The translations under genes and the position numbers were made by a program. This document shows, piece by piece, positions 22,273-34,500 of a stretch of 43,679 nt of DNA (positions are counted from its first letter, which is position 1; each line of letters begins with the position of its first letter). The stretch comes from Paraglomus brasilianum (lineage: Eukaryota). Location of the stretch: assembly GCA_910592345.1 (NCBI GenBank), contig CAJVPI010000195.1:1-43679 (forward strand), written 5' to 3'. The notes under the pieces are model-generated. The model ran no database searches, was not told the origin of the DNA, and saw nothing but the letters and a program-made list of their open reading frames with translations.

Positions 22273-24948
22273 TCAAACACGAGTTCGAGATTGTTGACCA
22301 AATCGTGGTGGACGAGAGCTTGATCCACCCGAAAAGCGATGGAAAGCTTCTTGGACTTCGTTCAAAAAGCTTTCAATAACAATAAACCCCATTAATATTA
22401 CACGTAACCAAAGCAAGTAATCCAATAACACTCTTTTTTTTTTTTTTTTTTACTTACCTCGCACTGTTATGTACTGTAGTTCCACCCAATACCACTCTAA
22501 TGCCAGGCGTAGATGCATTGAGTTCTGCAACGTATTTCGCTTCTTCGTATGTGGCGCCGCCAATCATGAATATTATAATATCCTGTGGTCTGTTAACCGA
22601 CCAGATTAGTCATACAACGCTCACGGATCACACACATATTTCAACCGCTCCGGTACTAGGATAATATAATTTACCTATCCCTTGTTACGCCGTCGAGGAA
22701 TGGATAACTTGTATCTTTTAGTTTGCCTTTAATCATCAGTTCTAACGTCTGAGCCAAGTGCGGTGCATGCATCGTGTAGACATTCTCGGCACCTCTGAGT
22801 CCTCTCAGTGCACTCTTTGCACTTGCGAGAAAACCCTCATTTGCAAAGAGATCGTCTTGACGTTTATCTGCTCCTGCATATTCCATCATCGAATCGATCA
22901 ACTAATTACCATATTGAGGGAGGGAGGGAGGACAACAAAAGAACAAGACCAAAAAAAAAGAAAAAAGAAACTGGTCTAATAAAAGGAAATAAAAGAAGAG
23001 ACAAAACATAGAAATTCGTGGTTTGTAATTGTTACCATTATTTTTTGTTCGCTGACGCCGCTGTGATGTAAGAGTTCCACGAGAGATTTGGTTGCATTAT
23101 TTTGTGCCTTTTCATATCTTAATGCATACAAGAGTACTAGTCTTATTTTGCTATTTTCCGATATGTGTGAGCTTGTGATGAGTCGTTGTAAATTCTATAA
23201 ATTTGCAGGTTTCAGTATTAGTATATTGAAACATCTTCCAAATCACACTGCTAACCTCTTGTCTTTACATGTTGCATACGTACTACCAATTCTACAGATT
23301 ATTCCTCAGTGGAGCGTACATACCTTCAAATCATTTTGTTGTTGTTCATAACACGCCAAACTCTGCTCCAACTCACTAACTTCCAACAATTTCTCCTTTT
23401 CCACCAACCTACTCAATTCCCCCACCAAAGCAACATGTTTGGTAACATTCCCAGACAATTTTCTAAACTCGGGATATTCTTCAACAAATCTCTTCATATC
23501 CGCTATGGAATCAATGTTCATGTTTGATTGGGTCCTTGTTTGATATTCTTGAACGTAGGATCTGATGTTTGCGCTGAGATCTCCAAGATTGAGGTACAAG
23601 TTTTTCTTGTAAAAGGAGTCCTGGTCGCGGGAAAGAACTATTTCCTAGTAAACAGAGCAGAGATTGAGTAAAACTTAATTCTTGTAATAAAATGGTGTGT
23701 TGACGATAAACAGTCATGGGTGGTGGCAAACCTCAATGAAAAAAAAAAGTCAACAGCGTATATTAGTATTGAATGCTTACTCGCAGTTCGGCTCGAATGT
23801 CAGGCACATCGGATAGATCGACTCGACCGTTTTGTATTCCAAGCAGCTCATGCACCATTGCTTGGTATGTCCATTGAGAGAGCAGAGGAGTAACGGGATC
23901 ATTCCTACGGTCTAGTATTAATAGTATCGGGGGAGTATCTGTTTTTCTGAAATCAAATAATTGGCCTTCTTGTTGTATTTGGTACTATCCACCGAAAACG
24001 TTATTAGAATCACATCACGGTATCATGCTTAACGACTGATGACGCATAATATAACAGTGGTTACATTTATTTCCTGGGCTAGTTTCTTTGCCATTACGCT
24101 CATTTTCTCGTATCGTATCGATGGCTTCTTCTTCAGTGACAACAATACAGATAAAAGTCCCTCTAACACCCGTGAAAACGTCCTTCCATCCCATGACGTT
24201 GGACTTTCACCATATAACGGATTTTGTGGATATGTAAGATTCAAAGAGTAAAAGTCTGGATTTATCGCACAATAATCTGCGAAATATTCCTATAGAGGGG
24301 TTATGAGCGTTGTTACCACGAATAGCAAGAAAAATGGATTTATGATTAGTCTCAGCGTCTTATTAATACTTTTGCTTACACCGTTAATTCCAATGTACCG
24401 TCACCTACCTGTACTTCTCTCACTACTTCATGCTCATCAACCTCTGCCAATCTCTCGATCTGTGACTTTTTTACAGTGTTACTGAAATCTATGCATACGA
24501 CGAGGATCATTTATAATACTCCAATTTTGACAGCCCTGAGAATTACTAATTCCGATAATTACTTACACAGGTAATAATCTCCGTAACAGGGCTCTCTTAA
24601 TTCTTCCACTAACAACTGAATAGTCTCACTGGTTGGTCGAAGGAAGCAGATGCACCGTAGATGACGCATTTTATCTCTTTTGCGATTATCAATTCTGTCT
24701 ACCAAATATGTTTCGTGTGTTAATAAGGCCGATTGTGTCATCACATTAGATATTATTGGGGTCTAAAGAATGCAATGAAAACGATTGATTAACAATGGCA
24801 AAAAGTTATTTGATATACGGTCGATCGTATAAACCGAAAGAATCAAACAGTTACTCACTGTCTCATTATCAAGAAGTAAGACTTTCATCCCCGAAACTTC
24901 ATTAACCATCTTATAAATATAATTCTGAACTGCCTTTACGACGTCCAT
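22273..24948 (-). CDS. VPS45: Sec1/Munc18-family vacuolar protein sorting protein VPS45 (multi-exon)
   Basis: [125 protein letters not shown]. Confidence 0.96.
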
Positions 24949-25755
24949 GTTGTTGATAATAATTAAAGTGAACCGACATCAAAATGAAACATTAAGAAAT
25001 TTTAGACTCGGACTTTTGAATGTAATACAATACAGAGTATGTAATTGGTTGATTTGATGACGTCACCCGGTCGCGCTAGCAGTTTTTTTTCTATATTTAG
25101 TATACTTTCCACCATAAACAATATGAAGTGGTGCAAAGAGATACGATATAAGCGGTATTTGTTTTAGACACCACTGTTCGCCTGGCATCGACGATATCAC
25201 ATTAAATTCCTACACTTGTTTTAGTACCAAGGCGCGAATATTATATTTTTAACAATCATCAAAGAGATAGTCTCACGTAGGTTGGTGAATGTCGGCCGGG
25301 AACTGATACGAGTTTGAAACGGACATGCATTGTGACCACAGAGTTTGGTTGATAAATTATACTGGGGCTACGAAATTCAAACATATTATACGATTACACT
25401 GCTTAAAATAAATTGACCGCCAATGATTCTAGGAAGCATGGTTTAAAATGATTGTCATAATTACCAGCCTTAACCGTTGCCGAATATCATTTTGTAAAAT
25501 GGTTCATCATGCTTTATTGCATGCGAGACAATACAGGATAATATTTTAAAAAATTTTTTTTTTTTGGATTTGCTGAAGATATCTTACAATAGATCCTAAT
25601 ATTGTTTCTTTTGCTCTGATTGAGCATACGGCTAAGTAATGTTCATGATATTAACAATCGACTATTGTTGGGTTGTCACCGTTGTTATCGCTTTTCCGTT
25701 ATTAGAGGGAGGGGGGTAGCTCTTATAACAGACAGGTTGGTTGCGACCGTCAACG

Positions 25756-26253
25756 TCAACATCCCCACCCAACATCGTCCTCATCCGGAAGTTCGCTTTC
25801 CGTATCATCCAAATCGGAAACGTTAAATAACCCATTTTTGCCGTTTGCAGAATCCGTTCCATTCACGGCTTTGCTTCTTTTTAGTTCATCTTCCTCCATT
25901 ACTTCCTGCTCTTCTTCAGCTTCTCCCCATGGATCATCATCCTCATCCCCTTCTTCTTCCTCCAGTTCCTTATTGTCCCGATTTATCTCGGCGGTATTGT
26001 CGCGACGTGTGTTTTGTTGTATTTTCGCTTTATTATCATCATCGGATTCTATGAGTATTGCTTGATTTGGTGTTGAAGGCATGTGATAATTGTATGATAC
26101 TTTTGAGTTATATGGTAAGACCAGTATTGATTGGGGATGCAAATGTTAGTTGGATATAGATTACCGATACAACACATCATCAGTGATTATGCTCACAATA
26201 TTTGCGTATGGACGATTTAGTTTCTTCGCTCTTCTCGATAATCTTGACACCAT
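25756..26253 (-). CDS. Small hypothetical protein, basic N-terminus and acidic C-terminus (probably 2 exons)
   Basis: MVSRLSRRAKKLNRPYANI at 26253 followed by a GTGAGC donor. The downstream ORF 25756-26142 is E/D-rich. Family not recognised and splice uncertain. Confidence 0.45.
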
Positions 26254-27166
26254 GGCGTGTCCCGTTACTATTTCGAGATAGCCTCTGTTTGTCGATATCC
26301 TTGCAGATTAGAAAGTGGGAAAAAAGAATTAACAGACAGTTTTCGATAAGAGCGTGTGAGGGGAGGAAATAGATGTGTGGATTGACTACAAGTATGGTGA
26401 AAGATTACTATTTAAATGCGATCACTCTGACAAGTTTCTTATAACAACTCCCAATTTTCATTACCCTTTTATCTTACATCGCATTCAAGAGCACACGCAT
26501 TTTCATTAGATCAAAAAGCTATAATTTTCATCCATTAACTCGTTCTTCACACACTCAAACTGTTGCTTATCGGCCATTTAGCTACTTACGGACGGTACTA
26601 TTCTACAGGTAAAATTGTCAATGTGTCAAACAATCACCTCATATTCACTTTCTACTTTTCTCTTTCTCCTAGATCCTCCGGGTCTCTGAGTCGGTCTTCT
26701 GACTTCGTACATTTTTCAAGTCTTAAAACAAATAGAGTTGTATAAAAGGTAACTGCGATGCAAACAAGGTATGAATTTAAGAGTTGATGTGATATGTGAG
26801 AGCAAACTTCAACATTCTGTGTAACAGATTATAATGGCATGTTTAATCAGCTGACAAACAGGATTTTGTCATGTGATGTGATTGGCAGTTCAAATTCTTT
26901 TTATTTAAAAAATTGTCTAATAAGGTGCGAAATCGTCTATATATATTAATGCAATAATAAAAATTTGTTCGTATAAATCAGAAATTATGTCTACAACGTA
27001 ATATAGAATCCTATCTATAGAAAAATAAAACCATTCGGTCAGGTTCTATACAACTACAATAAAATTGGTTCGATCAAGCAATTCGATATTCTCCACAAAT
27101 AATATCACGAATCGATTCTGCGCGATCTATATAATGTGAAGAAGAAACATCGACACAAGCACTTGT

Positions 27167-28693
27167 TCAAACGAGTCCAGCTTCCATTTGTCGCCGAAAA
27201 TAATGTACAGTTTCTTGGATACCCTGTCTGACTGGCCATGTCGGCTTCCACCCTAGCTTGTCCTCAGCTCTTGCTATATCAGGTTTACGCCTTTTTGGAT
27301 CGTCAACAGGAGCTTTCAGGGTTGTAATATTAGAATCTGGGTTCACTTCATCTCTAACCAACTCTGCAAGACTTCGGATGGTGTATTCATCCGGATTACC
27401 CAAATTTACCGGTAGATCGCAATCATTATTCATGAGTAGTATTAGACCATCCACAAGATCGTGAATGTATTGAAACGATCTTGTTTGTGACCCATCTCCA
27501 TATATTGTTAGTTCTTCTCCTCTCAACGCTTGCATGATAAAATTACTCACTACCCGGCCGTCGTTCTCATTCATCCGAGGACCATATGTATTAAATATGC
27601 GAGCTACTCTAACATTAACGTGATCTTGGTGCCTATACGCATACGTCAAGGTCTCGGCAACCCGTTTTCCCTCATCATAACATGCCCGTGGTCCGATGGG
27701 ATTTACATTGCCCCAGTACGTCTCTGATTGTGGATGCACTTCCGGATCCCCGTAAATTTCTGCAATACAAACGAAAAAATTAATACAGGCGATGAAGATG
27801 CATACAGACGTTTTCTAGACTATCAGAATGGTGAATAGCGACGGGTCGATAAATGTGGGATTGGATAATGTAGGATTGGATATTTCGGATACATGCCTGA
27901 TGTAGATGCTAGGAGAAAACGAGCCTTGACCCTCTTTGCTAATCCAAGCATATTGATAGTCCCCATAACGCTAGTCTTAACCGTTTTAATAGGGTTGTGC
28001 TGGTAATGAGGTGGAGAGGCGGGACAAGCCAAATGATATATCTGATCGACTTCGATTAAAAACGGATCAACAACATCATGTCTAATCAGCTCGAAATTCG
28101 GATGGCCTATCCAGTGAGCAATATTACTCTTCCGCCCGGTAAAGTAATTGTCAATCACGATCACTTCTTGACCCATCAACATTAAACGATCGACCAAGTG
28201 CGAACCCACAAAGCCAGCACCACCCGTGACGAGAATTCTTTTTCGCTGTCCGGGTGGAAGGGACTTGACAGGTAGGAAGGAACGTGATCGAATGTATGAC
28301 AGCGTTCTTGTTTCCGTGTCAAAATATCTGTCATGGGGATGTCGAGGGAGGTACAGGTATCGAAGCAGATCGAGAGGGACGACCGACTTGACGCATTCAT
28401 GTCCAACAGCTGTTATCGTGTCTGCATTTTTTTCAACGGTTCTCCATAGTCGCCGTCCGCTTTCCCAGTGAATCCTTTCCGCGTCTTCGGGCGAGTCGCT
28501 CCCATTTACTAAACTGATGAGTACATATGCTTTTTGGTGAGTCTCGTTACAGTGTCGACTGTCCTTGACGTATTGACTATTCCTTTGTCAACTTGTACGC
28601 CTACCTGATCATGGTTGCATCAGCAGCAGTTTCGTTCTGATTTGTAGCATTCTTCTCGGCAGAGTCAGCATTTTGCCCAGCAGAGGTATTCAT
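27167..28693 (-). CDS. UXS1: UDP-glucuronate decarboxylase (UDP-xylose synthase), 3 exons
   Basis: [89 protein letters not shown]. Confidence 0.96.
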
Positions 28694-30429
28694 ATTTTGC
28701 TTTACCGTTGTTTTTTGAAGGAAATGAGTTCTTTTTTATAAGGTTCTTTCTAATTGTTCGATTGAGCGAACATTATATTTCGTTATTCGACATATAAAAG
28801 TTATTCTTGGCATGGGTCACGCGATCATTCTCGTGTATATAATAATAGTGATGCTTTGTTTATTTATGCACAAGCTCTTACCAAATGAGGGCGGTTTTTC
28901 AGTTCCTTATTAAGACGATGATCAGTTGGAGTCCCTGTGACTGTGTTGCACTAACTGTTTTTTATTGTAAATTTAAACCTGTTATTGGTGGTGTTATTAT
29001 TGTTATTATACTTGCACCAAAATAGACACACTGCTGTGTAGATGTCACCTGAAAGATGGGGTGCTACTTATGAGATTGCTTTATTTTTTTGTATGCAAAC
29101 CGAAATCATAAATACGCGGTGAATTATTGCAACTTACCATAATCGACTCTATATTCGACGCTTTATGGCACTCAAATATTCGTTACTCAATTCTTTTAAT
29201 CAGCACGAACGTCTCCCTATTTAGAATTGTGCTCTTAGCAAAAACTAACTTTATAAAGATGTATGTTTATTAAAACACGTACTGATTATCAATTATCACA
29301 TTTTGAAGCAGATCGACGATTTAGATAAGGAAAAGGTCGGAAAAAAGTACACACCTTCCCTCGCCCTTCACAATTGACATTCATAATAAGTCAATATTAC
29401 AATTACTACTTACGTGCTAGTATTTAGCGTCAAAATCAGATCATTATAATTAAACCAAAATCGGGTTATCGCATTTTAATGTGGAAACAAATTCCAACCT
29501 CATTCGTGAAAGCATGAGACGATCTTGCTGCAATTGAGCATTCAATTGAACGTGAAGATTGCCGAATTTGATCCTTGGTGACTTTATCTGGACAAGTCAT
29601 TGTCGTGTCGATACACACGCCACGCGCACAAGTCATCGCTGCGCAACAAGTTCCAACCAGGACCAGAAAATTACACAATTGCTTACGCCTGTCACTCATG
29701 GTCTGAGTAAACATACGCATGCAATGTGGCCTTCACTAGTCGGATATACGAAGAATTGCTGCTTAATAAATCCTTCATATCCAAAATTAAATTTACTATG
29801 AAAGTCAACATTTCATTGGGATGGCGATCAGCTCCTATTATGTGCCCATAGTTTATTTAGTTTATTTCTTGGCATTCCTAATAATAACTACTGTAGTGAC
29901 CAATTAATGTGTCTGTCATCAATATTGCGCTCATAATAAGTAAAACTGTCAAAATGCTGTTGTTCGACATTTTTAACCGAAAACTTAAACAACATAGGCA
30001 ATCAGCTTCGTAATAAGCGTATCTGAGTTTGGGCCCTGTCTCAGTCCCCAACAAGTATGTAGATTCTACCAGAGTTAAAGAGATGTCTTAAAGTTACAGA
30101 AATGAGGCCGGATGAAAACATCAATTGTTAGCCTTGATCACAGTATTAATTGAGCAACGAAAGTGAACCGCCGTATGCACGCCAAGACCTTTTGCATTCA
30201 CATTTTAAAGACCTAATGTTTCAAAACTTTTATAAGAATTTATGAGTAGAGTAACACAAATGTCGTTAATTTCTAAACTCTTTATTTGGTATTCCCTCTT
30301 TTTTGAGTTGATGATCAGTCATAAGTAGATGATGAGAAACGAAATGAGGGCCAGATATACCGACAAGCCTAATACTTAAATTGATTCTCCTGTTGTGCTA
30401 TTCATAAAAAATTTTCTACTTGAGCCAAA

Positions 30430-31516
30430 ATGCCCTTCATTATAAGACGTTCTTTGCTTACACCACTTTCTGCTGCTGGGTATCTGAAATGTCCTTTGAT
30501 GACTTTAAAAAGATGCTCTTCCAGTGCGGTAAAGCCTGATATATCAACTGAAGGTATATTATACGATCACACAATGTTATTCAAATTTAATTGTGCTCAT
30601 AGAAATTAAATGTTCTTGCTAAGCTTCCAAGAGCCAAGAGAAGAACTTTGTCCTTCCTAAATGTGAGGTAAATCCTCGTGGGCCTTGCTTAATGAACTTC
30701 TTCATCTAAAAGCATCATTCTTTTAGACTCATCCCGTCGATACAGACACGGTACTCTGGATTATAAGAAACAATAGAAAAAGGACTGCAACTGATTACTT
30801 CACTCTCTTTGTAAGGCAATGGAATCATAATCAAAATTACTATAGTAAGACTTTATTCCCGGTATTGTAGTAGTCATTCTAATTCTTCCTCCAATTATAT
30901 TGATTAATGCCATACCCAATCTCTATACACAAGCCAAGAAAACAAACGAGCCGATTAAAACATTTAGAGTACAAGCTATATGTTCGAAGAAGAAAGTTAG
31001 CAAACTCGCGGTTGTAAGAGTGCGAATTAAGAGGAGAATAATTCATGCATGTCGAACCGTATTACCGGAACATGGTCGATTAAGTAAGCATGCGTGCTAT
31101 TTCGAATACTCAAAGAACATGCATGATACTCACAATCTCGTTAAATAAATGTGTTTTAAACACAAGGACACGATTATCTATTTTCCGGAAAACTCGACGC
31201 TTATAGTGCTCCGTGGGAGTCATTATTATCTGCCGTACGCAAGTCGATCAATAATCCCACGATGTATAACCCTAATGTAGGAATTCCGGTTGGCAAAATG
31301 CCTAATAGAAAAGATCTATTTGGCCAAATTGACCATGACAGTATGTTCGGGTATTGGAAGGAAGAAAAGGCTGGTTCCAAAAAATTGTCAATTTCCGAGG
31401 ATCAGAGAAACAATCAACACGATGGAAGTCGCAAAGGCGGGATAGAAAATAGAGGCAAACAGAATAGAGTGACCAAAGCGAAAATAAGCAACAAATTCTT
31501 AATTGATGATAAATAA
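30430..31516 (+). CDS. rnpA: Bacterial-type ribonuclease P protein (RnpA-like), spliced, probable mitochondrial presequence
   Basis: FRVQAICSKKKVSKLAVVRVRIKRRIIHACR matches the RnpA SKK..kAVxRNRxKR motif. The next exon HDYLFSGKLDAYSAPWESLLSAV matches the DxV strand and final helix. N-terminus MPFIIRRSLLTPLSAAGYLKCPLMTLKRCSSSA is R/S/L-rich with no acidic residues. One internal splice junction (about 30810-30935) is unresolved. Confidence 0.7.
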
Positions 31517-31579
31517 TAAACGCTGTTTAAATGAACAATAAATACAACAATAATTCTTTATATACAAAATATTAACTTT

Positions 31580-34500
31580 TTATGCTTCAATCCTACAGTC
31601 AGCAACAATTGAATACTGATCTTCTGAAAGCCGATTTCTCAAATGAGAAAGTATTGAATAAAACACCAGGAGACTTTCCTCACTGTTATTCCGCACTCTG
31701 GCAAGATCAAGCAATTTGAGAAACCGATGCAAGATCTACGAAATAACATATTTTTGATAAGTACATAATAATAAGCTTAGTCCAACTCATCACCGGCACC
31801 TTACCTGCCGCAAGATTTCATCGTCTTCTACCGACATAATTTCCCTTGATACAACCAACGTTGCTTTTCTAGCATTTTCAACGTCTCTTAGTGCATATAA
31901 TACCTCTTCTTCACTTAGCTCACGGTTGGTGATCCAACTCGTTAATAAGCATCCAAACAGAGCACGAACGCTAATATCCATACCGAGACTATCTTCCTCT
32001 TGAATTAAAAGTATATTTAGAATACGAACAAGCCATTCTAAACGCGTTTTGCTCATATCTCTAGCGTTCAATGATCTGATTGATTTGTTAACAGAGATAA
32101 CGACCCACGCGAGCGCGCGCATAGCGGGAGACAGGTTGTCTGTGAACTGCGCGCGATAGTCTTTCAAGCAATCTTGAATCAGACGTGTGAGATGTTGAAT
32201 GGGATCGATGTAGCCACTCTCTGAGAGTGCACAGACGGAAAGAGTGTATTTAAACTTGAGATGTGGTTGTGGAGGAGGCGGTAGGTTTTTGTCGCGTATC
32301 AATTCAGAGTATTTGGCAGCAATGCGGACAACTTTGTATTGCACTGACGATGTTGGTTCTGGCAGTAAATCATAAGTCTTTTCGAGACTAGGGGTAAGAT
32401 CTTGGCGTAGAGATATCGCTGATGGTGTATTGGCTGTATTTGCTTTAGTCAAATAAGCGTCCATGCTTTCATAAAAAGCCAACCAAAGATTCTACAGCAA
32501 TATACACTTCTGTTATATATAGACTGGAAACCATTACTAATACACAACTCATCCAGCAATAAACATACCTCGTTTTTGTTTGCAAATAACGACATACTTA
32601 TTTCATAAACAACCCGAACTGCTATTGCATCGGGCACAACGGTCTTCCTCACTTGCAGTCCTCGCCTCTGCGCGCGCTGCTCCATCTCATCATTAGCCCT
32701 ATTAGTTTCACATAATTCCAACATCTTCACCAACCCATGACGCAGCAGCATTTCCCCAATTTCATGATCGTCACCGGCAAGGTCGCAAAGCTGTTTTAGA
32801 CTGTGTATTAGATACTCTATTAACGATGTTGATCGGCCGCAGTGACTTATCGTCATTTCAAGAATTTCCTTCCGGGCGGAAGGAAAGCGAGAAGATAGAC
32901 GAGTAAGGAGAGAATACCAATTTACTGGTGGAAGGACACATTTGGCTGTGGATAATGCTGAAAGTAATAGCGAGGGTGAAGCGGATTGGTTTTGAAAAGT
33001 AGTAGTGGCTTGAGATAGTTCAATGAGAGTATCGAAACAGCCTCGGAGATAGCTCGTACGTGGTAGTCGCGAATAATCCACCGGTTCATCACCCATCATA
33101 ATAGCAAACTCTTGTTCTTGGTTGTTTTCACCTGATCTCTCCAAACACGCCATTAGGTGTCCTAACATAATGGCTGCTAATTTTCCACTCTTAATGTCGG
33201 TCATTATTGCGGCTTCGTTTGTTACTCCCGTTGCCTCCCGTAACGCCCCGATGAGTGGAGACAGTAAGGTTGTCGAAGATGCAGACAGAAAGTAAGATTT
33301 TCGTGAATGGTGTTGCTTCACGGGTATGTAGTTTACGGCTGTTAGAGCTCCAAGTTTTAAAATAGCAGACTGTCGATTCTGTGAGGATGACGATGACGAT
33401 GAGATTATGTCTACGTTCTCCCGCACATAGGCATTGAAAGTAGATACATATTTTGATGATTGGTTTACGTGGAGCGTGGATTGTAAGGCGTAAAGGTAGG
33501 ATTGGATAAAATGAAAGCTATGAGATTTCCATTTTTTCTGGTACAGATTTAAAAGTTAATAAAGTAAAGAAGCTTGAGATAAAATGAACTAACAACAAAT
33601 CCTTATTGTTACCTCTGTTGTGCTAATGTTCATAGCGTTCTCTAATAAATTTAGACAATCTTCGTCGATAGTGGTCTGATTTGAAAATGAAAGGAACCAA
33701 GCGGAACCAACTACCCTTCCTGGACTGACTGAATCCTTTGTCTTTACAAATTCTTCTAGGACGTTTAATGCTTTCTCGTAGATGTCTTTAATGGCACCTT
33801 CTTGGGTATCAAAGTTTGACAAACCAAGGAGAATACCCACAGAAGCGTTAAAAGGAGCATCGTTAGTAAACGCGTATTCTTTAAGGAACGTCAGCGTCTC
33901 TTCACATGCTGTTTCCAACTCGACATCTGAAGGGGCCTGGAAATGCGACAGGATAGTGCTTAGACCATATCCGCAACCAAAGAATGACCATTCGAGACTA
34001 TTGTTAGCATTTCGAGTAGTTAGGTGTCCGACTAGGCAATTGATAATATCAAGAACGAGCTTTTCGTTCGGTGACATCATGGTAGCAAGACATCCGAGAG
34101 AGAGCATCGTTCCATATTGCACGTCATCACTTGAGATAAAGTCCCAATCTCGTTGTTGACGCGAAGTGTCCGCCATGAAGCGATCAAGGAGCAGAGAAAT
34201 GACGTTGTGGACGTAAATTTTGGTTGCGGTAATCGCGAAGGACTTTAACGCTAGACATAAACCTTTATATTATATATGATCAAGTTTGAGTTAGTAATGA
34301 CGAGGGTTATGATTATCAAAAATACTACTACTACACTTGATTACCTGTAATTGCAAATATAATATTCACGTAAGTAGCAGGCAGCTTAGCCTCTTTTAAC
34401 CTGACTAGCAACTCATCATATATCTTCTGCACTAATGCATTATTTCCTTCTTTAGTCATACAATCTAGCTCTAATAAACCATTTTCAAATAATATTCGCC

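Noticed and set aside
28700..30420. Long intergenic region inspected for tRNA, snoRNA, RNase P RNA or ribozymes
   Set aside because: No cloverleaf, no convincing C/D box pair with terminal stem, and no P4 motif seen by eye. A covariance-model scan would be needed.
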